Below, piece after piece: positions 19,894-30,179 of a stretch of DNA of 64,000 nt; position 1 is the stretch's first letter; every line of letters starts with the position of its first letter. The notes under the pieces were generated by a model that had not been told where the DNA came from, did not search any database, and saw only the letters and a program-made list of their open reading frames with translations. The position numbers were made by a program, and so were the translations under genes. Origin of the DNA: Sulfolobales archaeon (GTDB lineage: Archaea; Thermoproteota; Thermoprotei_A; Sulfolobales; AG1); NCBI GenBank assembly GCA_038867615.1, contig JAWBYA010000005.1:64001-128000 (forward strand). The letters are read 5' to 3'.

Positions 19894-21645
19894 TTGACGA
19901 TCAAGGAAAGAATGATATATAGCCTTGACCGTGTCTTCGTCTTGCTGTTTGATAGAATAGGTTTAAGCATCGTGAGGACATTCGAGCTGGATAGAGCTAT
20001 AATATCTGCAATGATAAGGGCTAACCCACGTGTCTATGGAGCCAGGATTGTAGGATATACCCTCATAGCACTCCTCATCGGGATCGCTATAGTAGGTGCT
20101 GCACTGCTAGTAAGACCAAGCATCGTGTTACTAGTTATAATGGTTTTGGCCGGAGTGCTTCTACCACTCTTGGTCTTCATACTATTTATAGCCTATCCCG
20201 TCATGGCTATGAGTAGAAGAAAGAGGCTTATCGAGTCTGAGTTACCGTTTTTCGCATCATATATCTCTATCATGGCTAGAGGAGGCGTCCCGATCGCGAA
20301 AGCCATGGAGGCATTTAGAAGAACACCTCTTTTCAAGGGAATCAGGCTTGAGACGCAGGAGTTTTTCAGAAAGCTGGGGCTTTTTGGAGGAGATCCCATA
20401 GCCACGTTGGAGGAGATCTCGTACTACCACCCTTCACAGATCTTCAAGGATTTCATGCTCGGATACATAGTAACCTACAGGACTGGTGGAGATGTTGTTA
20501 GATACCTAGAGACAAGAGTTGAAGAATTCTTTAGAAAGCAGGAGGAAATGATAAAACAGATGATCCAGAAGCTAGGTGTCTATATGGAGGCATATATGGT
20601 TACAAGTATAATAGGAGGCCTAGGGCTCCTCATACTATTCACATCAGCAGGATGGATCCAGGGCGGAAGATTCGCCGTCACAAGCTACGACCCCACGGTT
20701 CTAATCCTCTTCAACTTCGTTGGACTCCCATTACTCTCTGTAGCAATAATCTATGGAGCTCATACAGCCCAGTCGAAATGGGGGTTCGAGCTCAGAGATG
20801 TGATCTATCTAGCCCTCTTAGTAGCAACGGTATCGCCCCTACCCTATCTACTTGTGATCCTCGCTATAGGGGGTTACCAGGTATTCTCAGGGATCTATAC
20901 AAAGCAAGCAATCTTGGGACAAGTACTCGGCATCGCCATAGCCCTGCTAACAATCTCAACACCAGCATGGCTAGCCTATAGAAGGGCTACCAAGGGGCTC
21001 AGGGCTCTCGAAAGATATACCGCACTCTATATCGAGAACGTAAGCGGGTTGAGGAAAACAGGCCTCGCGCCGGAGAGATGCTTTATAGAGGCATCAAAGG
21101 GGGAGTATGGTCCTCTAAACCCGATTGTGAGGAGACTTGCAGCAGCAATAGAGATGGGGATCGATATTGAAGAGGCTATTAGGAGGAGCCTCTACGGTGT
21201 TAGAAGCTGGCTTATAAGGGTTATATTCAGACTGGCTATAGATGCCGTTAAAGTTGGGGGAGGAAGCCCGGAGATCTTCTACCTGCTAGCTAGATATGCA
21301 TCAGCCATTGCTGAGGCTTATGAGAGGCTTAGAACAAACCTCAGGATCTACGTGTTCCTACCATATATAGGTGCAATCCTCTTCGCTATAACAAGCACGG
21401 TATATATCTCATTAGTAATAGCACAGCCACCCCCAATGATCGGGGGTAGAGAAATAGATACCGCAACGATCTACAGACTAAGTCTGATGGCAAGCCTAGC
21501 ATCGATAATGAACGCATGGATGATGGGAATAGTGGCAGGAAAGATCTCTGGATTATCTGTGGGAGAAGGATTTAAACACGCAACAATACTAACAACCATA
21601 ACAACAATCGTAATCTGGATCTTTGTACAAATGTTCATACCATAA
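19894..21645 (+). CDS. Type II secretion system F/TadC-family membrane platform protein
   Basis: Duplicated T2SSF domains (ESELPFF...ARGG; GGDV; KTGLAPE; VGGGS), multiple TM segments, directly after the ATPase. Confidence 0.88.
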   Translation: MTIKERMIYSLDRVFVLLFDRIGLSIVRTFELDRAIISAMIRANPRVYGARIVGYTLIALLIGIAIVGAALLVRPSIVLLVIMVLAGVLLPLLVFILFIAYPVMAMSRRKRLIESELPFFASYISIMARGGVPIAKAMEAFRRTPLFKGIRLETQEFFRKLGLFGGDPIATLEEISYYHPSQIFKDFMLGYIVTYRTGGDVVRYLETRVEEFFRKQEEMIKQMIQKLGVYMEAYMVTSIIGGLGLLILFTSAGWIQGGRFAVTSYDPTVLILFNFVGLPLLSVAIIYGAHTAQSKWGFELRDVIYLALLVATVSPLPYLLVILAIGGYQVFSGIYTKQAILGQVLGIAIALLTISTPAWLAYRRATKGLRALERYTALYIENVSGLRKTGLAPERCFIEASKGEYGPLNPIVRRLAAAIEMGIDIEEAIRRSLYGVRSWLIRVIFRLAIDAVKVGGGSPEIFYLLARYASAIAEAYERLRTNLRIYVFLPYIGAILFAITSTVYISLVIAQPPPMIGGREIDTATIYRLSLMASLASIMNAWMMGIVAGKISGLSVGEGFKHATILTTITTIVIWIFVQMFIP

Positions 21646-21728
21646 TAAAACCACCATTTATCCCTGAATACTCGTTAATGCCCTTCCACATTCCGCTTGT
21701 CCCCACCCTACAATAGATCCGTGGCGGC

Positions 21729-22229
21729 TTAACGGTATAGAAGTTGGTAAACAAAGTTATCTATCGAGAAAAACCCGGGGCCTATGATGGCTAAGGCTGC
21801 ACAGGATGCTAGGAGCACCGTATCTAGCTCCCATCCAAACATATAGCCCTTGGTGGCTTTGAACATGGGTTCGGCGAAACCACGGGGCAGGGATTTGAGT
21901 GCTGCGCTAGTTATATATAGGATCGTTGTCGAGAGCATCTCGATCGCTAGCAATGCCGCAGCGACCCTGGTTAGAAAGCCTATGATAAGTGCTATGCCTC
22001 CTAGGAACTCCAACAACCCCACCAGGTCAAAAAGCACCCCGGGTATTCCTATCTGCCTCATACCATCCCTCATTGGCTTCCTAAAGGGCCCCATAATCTT
22101 TGGTGCTCCATGGACTATGAAGAGGATCCCTACAAAAACCCTTATGAGAAACACACCTATAGATGCTCCAAGCCCGTTCACAAATGGGGAGAACAAGATC
22201 TCTAGAACATCCACCACTATTATCACCAT
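21729..22229 (-). CDS. DoxX family membrane protein
   Basis: IRVFVGILFIVHGAPKI, LEFLGG..LIIGFLTRVAA, GPG.FSID. Confidence 0.9.
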   Translation of the reverse strand: MVIIVVDVLEILFSPFVNGLGASIGVFLIRVFVGILFIVHGAPKIMGPFRKPMRDGMRQIGIPGVLFDLVGLLEFLGGIALIIGFLTRVAAALLAIEMLSTTILYITSAALKSLPRGFAEPMFKATKGYMFGWELDTVLLASCAALAIIGPGFFSIDNFVYQLLYR

Positions 22230-22398
22230 AGTTTACTATGTAAATCAGCTTATAAATCTCACGTAACAACTCGCTAGATCTTCAAACCTAATAACTGGAT
22301 CTCTATTTAATATTTTACTATGTAAATCAAATCTACTATGGACATATAGGATCCTCGCTATTTTCCTTATGATGTGGTATAGTTGTTAGGGGCTTCCC

Positions 22399-23325
22399 AT
22401 GAGGGTTCTTATCTTTGGCGGGCTTGGCTTCATAGGCTCTAACCTTGCTAAAAGGCTCGCTGAGAAGGGTTACGAGGTTTACATAGCCCATAGGGGGTTT
22501 TCGAGTGGGTATAGGGAGAAACTAGCCTCTATAGTTAGCAGGTATGCCTCTCTCACCATGTATAGTGATCCGAGGGATCCGATCCTGTCTATCAAGCCTA
22601 ATATTATATATAACCTTGTTGGCAGGTATTTCGGGAGCGAGCGGGAGATCATCGATTCTAACTTGGGATTTGCTGAAAGACTCTCTAAGGCTTTGGAGGG
22701 TTATAGTGATTATAAGCTGATCCACATATCGGCTGCAACCATAGTAGGGCCTAAGGGTGACGTGATCTATGAGGAGGAGAAACACCTAGTCGGAATAGAA
22801 CCGAGAGGGGTTTTCGATGAGAGCAAGGCTGAGGCTGAGAGAATAATAGCTAGCAGGATAAAGAGCTGGGTTATTGTGAGACCAGTGCTGGTCTATGGAG
22901 CCTATAACGCCCACCCAGAGTGGGTAAAGCTCCTCGGGATTGTTAGGAGGGGGATCGCGCCTCTGATGAGGGCTAGGGTCTCGGCTATAGAGGTTGGAGA
23001 GCTCTCAGAAATCCTTGTAAGAGCATTAGAACTTGATAGGGAGTATTTCTTCGCAACAGAGTGTGAGCCGTATTGGCTAAGTGACTTCGTAGAAGCGATC
23101 TCTCAGATCTATGGGGCGAGGTCTATAAAGATCCCCGTACCACTATGGCTTGCAAGAATAACAGCCCCAAGGGATCTTGGAAAACACTTCCCATACCTAA
23201 ACAAGGTCTTCTCATGCGATAAGATGGTGAGGCTTACAGGCTATAGGCCGAGGAGAATGCTTAGAAGAGGCGTTGAAGAGATGGTAAAATGGATCCTAGA
23301 GACTGGAGGAGAGAGCATAGCCTGA
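22399..23325 (+). CDS. NAD-dependent epimerase/dehydratase (extended SDR)
   Basis: GGLGFIG Rossmann motif, FDESKAEAE, RPVLVYG. Confidence 0.85.
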   Translation: MRVLIFGGLGFIGSNLAKRLAEKGYEVYIAHRGFSSGYREKLASIVSRYASLTMYSDPRDPILSIKPNIIYNLVGRYFGSEREIIDSNLGFAERLSKALEGYSDYKLIHISAATIVGPKGDVIYEEEKHLVGIEPRGVFDESKAEAERIIASRIKSWVIVRPVLVYGAYNAHPEWVKLLGIVRRGIAPLMRARVSAIEVGELSEILVRALELDREYFFATECEPYWLSDFVEAISQIYGARSIKIPVPLWLARITAPRDLGKHFPYLNKVFSCDKMVRLTGYRPRRMLRRGVEEMVKWILETGGESIA

Positions 23326-23361
23326 TAATAACCTGTTAGAATTATTATGGGTGGTTAGAGC

Positions 23362-24348
23362 TTGATCGAGATACATGGGCTAGGACCGGCTGGAGTAGCA
23401 GCAGCCCTATTCCTTAGAAAAGAGGTTGTAGTAAGGGATCTTGGTAAGAGGTATTTAAAAGCATGCGGAGAAGCAGTGCCAATAGACACACCGCTTGTTG
23501 AGGATAGATTTGTGCTCAACAAGATCAGGAGGTTTGAGTTCTATCACGAGGATCGATTTATAGGTGAGGTGAGCTATAGAAAACCCTACTGGTATATCGT
23601 TGACAAGAGCTCCTGGATCTCCTCCCTGAGAGAGAGAATACAGATAACTAGCGAAATCGAGAAGAGTGAAGAACGAATCGTCATAGATGCTAGGGGACCT
23701 TATTCAAGCAAGGGCTTGAAAATAACAGTTGCAAGAGTCTATCTAAAGAGCCCGAGAAAGAGGATAGATCCCGAGGCTGTTTACTTCATATATAGAAAAG
23801 GGGCACCGGGCTTCTACTGGGTATTCCCACACGGTGAGGATCTCAACGTTGGAGGCGGATTCATAGGTGTTAAAAACCCCCTCCCACTAATACATAGCTT
23901 CATATCAAGCTGGCTAGGCGGGGGCGAGGTGATCGATGTTAGAGGAGCCCCACTAACAGTAGATCCAGAGATAGATCTGGGGAGAGAAGGGGTATATAGA
24001 GTCGGCGAGGCAGCAGGACTAGTATACCCACTAACAGGAGAGGGTATAAGACCAGCTATACTATCCTCGCAAGCTCTAGTAGCCTCGCTAGGAACCAGAA
24101 AACCCCTCGATAACTATAGAAGAGCAATATCCAGAATAATATCCCAGATAGAGTTCCAGAAAAAACTCCTTAGAATAGCTATGAGAAGCATCGAGAGAAA
24201 TGGATCGATAGCGGAGCTTGCAAACACCAGCATCCTCAAGGACTATATAGAAGAGAACCTATCGGTGAAAACACTGCTCATAATGATATCAAGAAACCCC
24301 CCAAAGGCTGTGAAGACACTGCTTTCGATTTTACTACCAGCCCCATAG
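23362..24348 (+). CDS. Geranylgeranyl reductase-family FAD oxidoreductase
   Basis: GLGPAG, KACG, GFYWVFP, VGEAAGLVYPLTGEGIRPA. Confidence 0.85.
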   Translation: MIEIHGLGPAGVAAALFLRKEVVVRDLGKRYLKACGEAVPIDTPLVEDRFVLNKIRRFEFYHEDRFIGEVSYRKPYWYIVDKSSWISSLRERIQITSEIEKSEERIVIDARGPYSSKGLKITVARVYLKSPRKRIDPEAVYFIYRKGAPGFYWVFPHGEDLNVGGGFIGVKNPLPLIHSFISSWLGGGEVIDVRGAPLTVDPEIDLGREGVYRVGEAAGLVYPLTGEGIRPAILSSQALVASLGTRKPLDNYRRAISRIISQIEFQKKLLRIAMRSIERNGSIAELANTSILKDYIEENLSVKTLLIMISRNPPKAVKTLLSILLPAP

Positions 24349-24631
24349 AGATCTATTATAGCTACCTCCACTAGCTATAGATAGCATCCCATGGAGTCCT
24401 ACTTCTATAATAGCCATATCACGACCATCCAGCCTAACCTGATTATGAATAGATATAACCCTATAGGATCATACAAACCATCATTGCAAATAAACCAGCT
24501 ATTTAGGAATCCTAGGAGGATCCCCTCGCCAGAAGATCTCGTATTACAATATAAATCGCGTATTACAATTGTATACAGTATTAAGCGCTTATTAACCCGA
24601 GATGCAATAATAATATGTCGAGACTGAGATC

Positions 24632-24862
24632 GTGAGTGCAGTCGTATCGATCAGAGTACCTCGTGAACTGAAAGAGAAAATGAACGAGCTAAAAAGAATC
24701 ATTAACTGGAATAATGAGATTAGGAAATGTATAGAAATTAAGGTTAAAGAGACGGAACAGCCTGAAGCGATTGAGAAGCTCGAGGAGCTGATCAAACAAC
24801 TCGGGCAAACACGCAAGGGTACAGCCGTAACCTATGTGAGGGATGATCGTGATAGTAATTGA
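24632..24862 (+). CDS. vapB: Antitoxin (RHH-like, VapB-type)
   Basis: VVSIRVPRELKEKM...INWNNEIR...VRDDRD; overlaps the PIN gene start. Confidence 0.8.
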   Translation: MSAVVSIRVPRELKEKMNELKRIINWNNEIRKCIEIKVKETEQPEAIEKLEELIKQLGQTRKGTAVTYVRDDRDSN

Positions 24863-25262
24863 TGGCTCAGCCCTTGTTAAATACTTGTTATATGAGGATG
24901 GGTGGGAAGAGATCTCTAAGTATATTAGGGAGATGAGGCCTCTAGTAACGATCGATCACGCGCTTAAAGAGATCGCTAATGGTATTTGGAAGCATAGAAA
25001 GCTATATAGCGTGATAAGCAACGACAAGATCATAATGCTATATAGAGGGTTTCTAGAACTGGTTAGAACCGGTGTGATTATAGTCGAGCCTGAGGATGGA
25101 TATATAGTAGAGGCCCTTGAGATCGCTTTGAATCACGACATAAGTGTATATGATTCCCTCTACATCTCGTTAGCCTTAAAATACGGCGAACTCCTAACAT
25201 GCGACGCAAAACAAGCAGATGTGGCTTCAAGGCTTGGAGCAAAGGTATACTATATAGCTTAG
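24843..25262 (+). CDS. vapC: PIN-domain VapC toxin
   Basis: VIDGSALVK, EIAN, VYDSLYI, LLTCD acidic PIN residues. Confidence 0.9.
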   Translation: MIVIVIDGSALVKYLLYEDGWEEISKYIREMRPLVTIDHALKEIANGIWKHRKLYSVISNDKIIMLYRGFLELVRTGVIIVEPEDGYIVEALEIALNHDISVYDSLYISLALKYGELLTCDAKQADVASRLGAKVYYIA

Positions 25263-25316
25263 CATCACATGCTTGTAGATCTATTTATTGGTTGTGTTTA
25301 TGATCTTTCGGAGCAG

Positions 25317-25476
25317 CTGCCGTGGCCAGCTGTTTCTGGTTCCATGGTGGTTTATAAGGACTGATATCGAGTCTGTAGTTCTGCAATAATGAAACAATAG
25401 TATAAGCTCTACTATTTTTATGGGGATGCCGCCCAACAATGAGGATAGAGATAGAGACCCGAGGGGCGGGTTAAAT
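25317..25476 (+). repeat. Dispersed repeat family A, copy 1 (direct repeat of 33159-33320); MITE-like/ncRNA element
   Basis: Roughly 80% identical by eye to copy 2 over ~160 nt, from CTGCCGT.GCCAGCTGTTTC to GGGCGGG.TAAATA. Confidence 0.85.
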
Positions 25477-25747
25477 AAAATCCAAAATGCAGGGGTTCCC
25501 CACAGCATTGAGCCGAGGCCGAGGATATGGGAAGAGCTGTTGGTATCAAGCAAATATCAACCGCAATTAAGCCAGAACTCCGCCATGACCTATTGATGCA
25601 ACTAGCATGTCTTGCTTCGCTAGCGGCGTGGAAGTCATATATGGTCTATCTTCTATAGAGTTATAGAGTTTAAATAACCGTATAAAAATACATGATATAA
25701 AAATGCGGCACTATCTAGCTATATATTTCTGAATATTTAATTATATA

Positions 25748-26434
25748 GTGGTATGGGAGCCCATGGGCTATAGGAGCTACGTAGTGTATCTTGAGCTGAG
25801 CCATACTGGGTGCTGGACCGAGAGTACAGGATCCAAAGACGTGTTTGTTAAAAACCTGCAACAGGATTTCAGCTATAGTGGTGATGCATATAAAGCTATC
25901 TCGGTGTTTGTGGGTGATGATCTCAGAACATTCCTAGGCCCGTTTAAATTTCATAGAAATATACTGGGTGTTAAGATCCATAGTCTCTCTAATAACATAG
26001 CCTTGGTAGAGTTCACAAGCGCTAGGAACGGTACTGTAGCAGATCTTGTGAAGAGATACGGCGGGGTAACGATCAGCCTCGAGATAGTTGATGGTGTTGA
26101 GAGATGGAGATTCCTACTACCAAGGGCTAGGAAGGAGAGTATAGGGCTTCTCAGAGATAATGCAGAGACTATGGGCAACCTGCTCAAATTCCATGTAACA
26201 GAGCCAGAACCAACATATTTCACAGACCCGTATCCCTTGCTCTCACACTATGAGGATAAGGCACTCACCCAGGCGTATCTCTCTGGCTATCTAGACTATC
26301 CTAGGAGGGCTAGGGCTAAGAATGTTGCTAAGATTCTGGGTATAAGTCCTGCAACATTCCTCTACCATATTAGGAGGGCTGAGAAGAAGCTCGTGGCTAG
26401 CTATCTTAGGAGGAGATCGATTCTAGTACCCTAG
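25748..26434 (+). CDS. Bacterio-opsin activator-type (HTH_10) transcriptional regulator
   Basis: N-terminal H..CWT; C-terminal AYLSGYLDYPRR...AKILGISPATFLYHIRRAEKK. Confidence 0.9.
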   Translation: MVWEPMGYRSYVVYLELSHTGCWTESTGSKDVFVKNLQQDFSYSGDAYKAISVFVGDDLRTFLGPFKFHRNILGVKIHSLSNNIALVEFTSARNGTVADLVKRYGGVTISLEIVDGVERWRFLLPRARKESIGLLRDNAETMGNLLKFHVTEPEPTYFTDPYPLLSHYEDKALTQAYLSGYLDYPRRARAKNVAKILGISPATFLYHIRRAEKKLVASYLRRRSILVP

Positions 26435-26440
26435 GACACC

Positions 26441-27445
26441 CTAGGATCTAGAAGATCCCCCAAGGATCTTTGATAAGTATTCGTCAAGCAGATCCGAGAT
26501 ACTTGTCCTCAGATAGAGAATAAAGACCATGACAACCACACCTATTATCACAAGGTTTAGATAGGAAGCAATCCTCGATGTATATTCGTAGAGAGACACC
26601 ACTATTATTGATGACAATATAGGGCCAAGAACATTACCAGAACCCCCCACAAGACCTATTATGAGTGTTAGCAGCGATATCAACGGGTTCAAAGCATTGT
26701 TAGGATCTATGTATAGTAGATAGAGAGCCGAGACACCTCCGCAAAGTGCTTGGAGCGCTGAGGCGAGGATAAAGATCCCTAGAGAGTATCTATAGGGGCT
26801 GAGCCCGTGACTAACAGCTAAGATCTTATCGCTCCTCACCACAGACATATAGATCCTATGCCTAGTCGCCCTCATATAGGAATACACAAGCACATTAACA
26901 ATGGATAATGCGGATAGAAGGAGAAGGGATAGCTGATCACTTATAATAATAGGCACGATCTTGCCCACATGGCCCGTGAAATTGATCTCGACATATAGTA
27001 GCACCTGCCTTAGAGCCTCGAGAATAGCTAGAGTAGCGAAGAAAAAGAAAAGCCCAGCAAGCCTCAAAGTTACATAACCTATAGTAGCTGCAACAGCAAC
27101 CGCTACAAGAACCGAGACCACAACCCCGGCTAGAGGTCCGAGGCCATATAGCAGTGAGTAGACAAAGATATACGCACCAACACCGTAGAAAGCACCAGTA
27201 GCAAACGAGGGGTATCCTAGCGAGAAGAAAAGCACCCATGGTATGGATAGACATATATATACAAGTATATTCCTCATAGTAGCCATAAAGCCTGCAGGGA
27301 GTAGAAGGCCTAGGACTAGCAACACTAACACCACCAAGATCCCGGGTAGTGATAATCTGAGGATCTGTAATATAGTATCGAGAGCCTCTCTAGATGCACG
27401 AACACCCGGCACCTCGCCACTTCTACCCGGTGTAAATCTTACCAT
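26441..27445 (-). CDS. Branched-chain amino acid-type ABC permease (LivM-like)
   Basis: LRLAGLFFFFATLA, LVGGSGNVLGP; multi-TM. Confidence 0.85.
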   Translation of the reverse strand: MVRFTPGRSGEVPGVRASREALDTILQILRLSLPGILVVLVLLVLGLLLPAGFMATMRNILVYICLSIPWVLFFSLGYPSFATGAFYGVGAYIFVYSLLYGLGPLAGVVVSVLVAVAVAATIGYVTLRLAGLFFFFATLAILEALRQVLLYVEINFTGHVGKIVPIIISDQLSLLLLSALSIVNVLVYSYMRATRHRIYMSVVRSDKILAVSHGLSPYRYSLGIFILASALQALCGGVSALYLLYIDPNNALNPLISLLTLIIGLVGGSGNVLGPILSSIIVVSLYEYTSRIASYLNLVIIGVVVMVFILYLRTSISDLLDEYLSKILGGSSRS

Positions 27446-27578
27446 AACAATCCCTCCTCATAAAACAAAAGGGGCCTTATGCGTAGGGAATCCATCGTCT
27501 CTTTCCTCTCTAGATATGTACTCTATATGTTTGATATGATCTGGAAAAACAAACAGGATCATGTGGGTTTGCACCTCT

Positions 27579-28289
27579 CTACCCCTTTAACCCAAAATAG
27601 TTTCTGATAACATCGACCCCAAGGAGATCCTTTGGTTTGTAAGCAGCAAGGATCCTTCTATTATGCGCCACATACACAGTATCTACAGAATCCTGGTTTC
27701 TGACAAAAGGTACTACGCTCTGTTCAGCTATGATTATAGAGACCCCTCTGGATCTCAGCTTCTTGAAAAGATCATAGATAATGTCTATAGCCTTTGGAGC
27801 AAGCCCTGCTGAGGGCTCATCGATCAAAAGGATCCTGGCCCTTGCTGAGAGAGCCCTGGCTATCGATAGGATTTTCTGTTCACCACCACTCAGTGTTCCT
27901 GCAAGCTGGTTTCTCCTCTGAGCCATTATGGGGAGGAGGGTATAGATCTCCTCGAGGATCTTTTTCCTCTCGCTTCGAGGAATATTCCCCGCAACCATAC
28001 CCAGCTTTATATTCTCCTCGACCGTGAGTTCGGGGAATACTAGCCTCTCGCTCGGTATATAGTGTATCCCTAGCCTAGCCCTCTCACCAGGATCCCTGCT
28101 ATCAAGGATCTTTGTACCAACATAGACCTTACACATATCTATCGGATAGGGAGCCGTCCCGAGAGCCACGAACCTTAGGAGAGAGGTTTTTCCAGAGCCG
28201 TTCGGCCCTATTATAGCTATAGATCCTCCGGGCTCTAGTACGAGCTCTCCTATGGCCTCTGTAGTCGGGCATCCAGCGATCCTGAGCAT
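27579..28289 (-). CDS. ABC ATP-binding protein (LivF-like)
   Basis: GPNGSGKT, LSGGEQK, LLIDEPSAGLAP. Confidence 0.9.
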   Translation of the reverse strand: MLRIAGCPTTEAIGELVLEPGGSIAIIGPNGSGKTSLLRFVALGTAPYPIDMCKVYVGTKILDSRDPGERARLGIHYIPSERLVFPELTVEENIKLGMVAGNIPRSERKKILEEIYTLLPIMAQRRNQLAGTLSGGEQKILSIARALSARARILLIDEPSAGLAPKAIDIIYDLFKKLRSRGVSIIIAEQSVVPFVRNQDSVDTVYVAHNRRILAAYKPKDLLGVDVIRNYFGLKG

Positions 28290-28301
28290 GGCCCCACACC
28301 C

Positions 28302-29039
28302 CTACGCTATCGTGTAAGAGCCTAGATAGGCCTCTATAACCCTCTGATCCCTTATAACCTTCTCAGGCTCCCCATCGGCTATGAGGGATCCGTAGTTAAG
28401 AACCACAAGCCTATCAACCTCTCTAACCAGGGATCCTATCGCGTGCTCAACCCATATAGCTGTCGCCCCACTGCTATCCAGATAGCTCCTCACAAGTCCT
28501 CTGATCTCTCTCTGCTCCTCCTCAGAGAGGCCTGAGAGCAGCTCATCTATCAAAAGAACCCTCGGCTTCATAGCCATAGCCCTGGCAAGCTCCATCAACC
28601 TAACCTCATACCTATTCAGCTTAGCAGCCATCATATGTGCCTTCCCACCAAGCCCGACGTCCTTGAGATACTCTATAGCTAGTAGCTCAGCCCTCCACAG
28701 ATTCTTCTGACGCTTGAGAACACCCAGGGCTACGTTCTCAGCCACAGTGAGATCCCTTATAACCCTGGGGAACTGGTAGATGCTCGCAACCCCTAGATCA
28801 GCCAGCCTCTCTGGATCCATGCCATTGAGCCTCGCACCAGAGATCTCTACCCACCCCCTATCAGGCTTTAAAAGACATCTAAGTATGTTGAGCAGCGTAG
28901 TCTTGCCAGAACCGTTAGGGCCTATGAGACCTACAACCTCTCCCCGCGATACCTCGAGCGAGACGTTATCCAGGGCCTTTATACCGCCGAACCACTTGCT
29001 AACCCTATCGATCCTTATCTCCACCACCAACAGGATCAC
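28302..29039 (-). CDS. ABC ATP-binding protein (LivG-like)
   Basis: FGGIKAL, GPNGSGKTT, LLIDE, VEH, VIEAYLG. Confidence 0.9.
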   Translation of the reverse strand: MILLVVEIRIDRVSKWFGGIKALDNVSLEVSRGEVVGLIGPNGSGKTTLLNILRCLLKPDRGWVEISGARLNGMDPERLADLGVASIYQFPRVIRDLTVAENVALGVLKRQKNLWRAELLAIEYLKDVGLGGKAHMMAAKLNRYEVRLMELARAMAMKPRVLLIDELLSGLSEEEQREIRGLVRSYLDSSGATAIWVEHAIGSLVREVDRLVVLNYGSLIADGEPEKVIRDQRVIEAYLGSYTIA

Positions 29040-29926
29040 CTCACAATCTGAGGCCTCCCCATAATACCCGTTGGTCTGACAAGGAGTATCAGGAGGAAGA
29101 GTGTGTAGAGGTAGAATAGTTTTAACCCTGGTGGGAGGAGATAGCCTATAGCGCTATCCATTAACGCGTATAGAATAGCACCTACAAGGCTCCCCACAGG
29201 GTTACCAAGCCCTCCAAGGGCTGTTATTACGAGGGCTATGACAAGATACTCCACGCCCATGAAGGGGTTTATCTGAACCCTCATGCTTATAGCAGCACCA
29301 GCAACTACGGGCAATACCGTCGATACTATCGATGCAAGCATATATATCTTGCTAGTATTAAGCCCTATATCGAGTGCAAGACGGGGAGCCTGTATAATTC
29401 CCCTGATCGCCACGCCTATGTATGTTCTATATAGCAGGATATAGGTAGTAAAGGTCATAATAACTCCTGTGATCATGATGATGAAGACGTTAAGGGGGAC
29501 GAGGATCGACCCCATGGCAACCCCCTGCTCTAGATAAGTATAGCTCACAGCGGTAGGGCTCCAGAGATACGCCACAACTCCCTGGATAGCCATCGAGAGC
29601 CCGAAGGTTGCTATTATGCTCTGCTCCTCAATAACATTAACACTACCGCTAGCAAGGATCCTGTTGTAAATGATAGTATACATAACATAGCCTATAAAAA
29701 TACCTATCACCGCAGCAACAGGGATGCTGGCAATAGGAGGGATCTTATAGATCGCGTATAGCCAGTACGCCGTATAAGCACCGATCATAACAAGATCCCC
29801 ATAGGCTATGTTAATAATCCTGGTCGAGCTGAAAAGTATATTGAACCCGAGCGAGACAGCAACATATAGAGGCGAATATATAAGGGGTAAAAGGATCAGT
29901 GAAACCATTCTATCAAAAAGCTCCAC
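29036..29926 (-). CDS. ABC permease (LivH-like)
   Basis: TRIINIAYGDLVMIGAY, LGGLGNPVG, VRPTGIMG. Confidence 0.88.
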   Translation of the reverse strand: MELFDRMVSLILLPLIYSPLYVAVSLGFNILFSSTRIINIAYGDLVMIGAYTAYWLYAIYKIPPIASIPVAAVIGIFIGYVMYTIIYNRILASGSVNVIEEQSIIATFGLSMAIQGVVAYLWSPTAVSYTYLEQGVAMGSILVPLNVFIIMITGVIMTFTTYILLYRTYIGVAIRGIIQAPRLALDIGLNTSKIYMLASIVSTVLPVVAGAAISMRVQINPFMGVEYLVIALVITALGGLGNPVGSLVGAILYALMDSAIGYLLPPGLKLFYLYTLFLLILLVRPTGIMGRPQIVR

Positions 29927-29949
29927 AGGAATCCCCTACCCCCCGCTAG

Positions 29950-30177
29950 CCGTTTGTCTCCATCCAATCCTATAGTAGATCGACCATGTGGGTTTGTTAA
30001 CAGCAGTTGAGCCCAACAGTGTAGGGCTCTCGCCTACCGAGAGATCATCCCCTGGATGGCTTGGAGCAATGCTCCCATCACCACCCAGAGTCAATATAGA
30101 GACCAAACCATCACCAAAAACAATTCCAACCATAAGATTATAAATATCTCCCACGAATATCAAAAAGAAAACACCCC
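29950..30177 (-). mobile_element. Dispersed element family B, copy 2 (degenerate, internally deleted), inserted between the SBP and LivH genes
   Basis: The reverse strand matches 38271-38542 at GGGGTGTTTTCTTTTTGATATTCGTGGGAGATATTTATAA, GGTGGTGATGGGAGCATTGCTCCAAGCCATCC, GAGCC...GGCTC and the end GACAAACGG. Confidence 0.75.
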
Positions 30178-30179
30178 GT

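Noticed and set aside
25281-25553. 90-aa minus-strand ORF
   Set aside because: It coincides with repeat family A and has no recognisable domain
29936-30163. 75-aa ORF inside the ABC operon
   Set aside because: It coincides with the family B repeat copy, and the frame is not evidently preserved in the other copy
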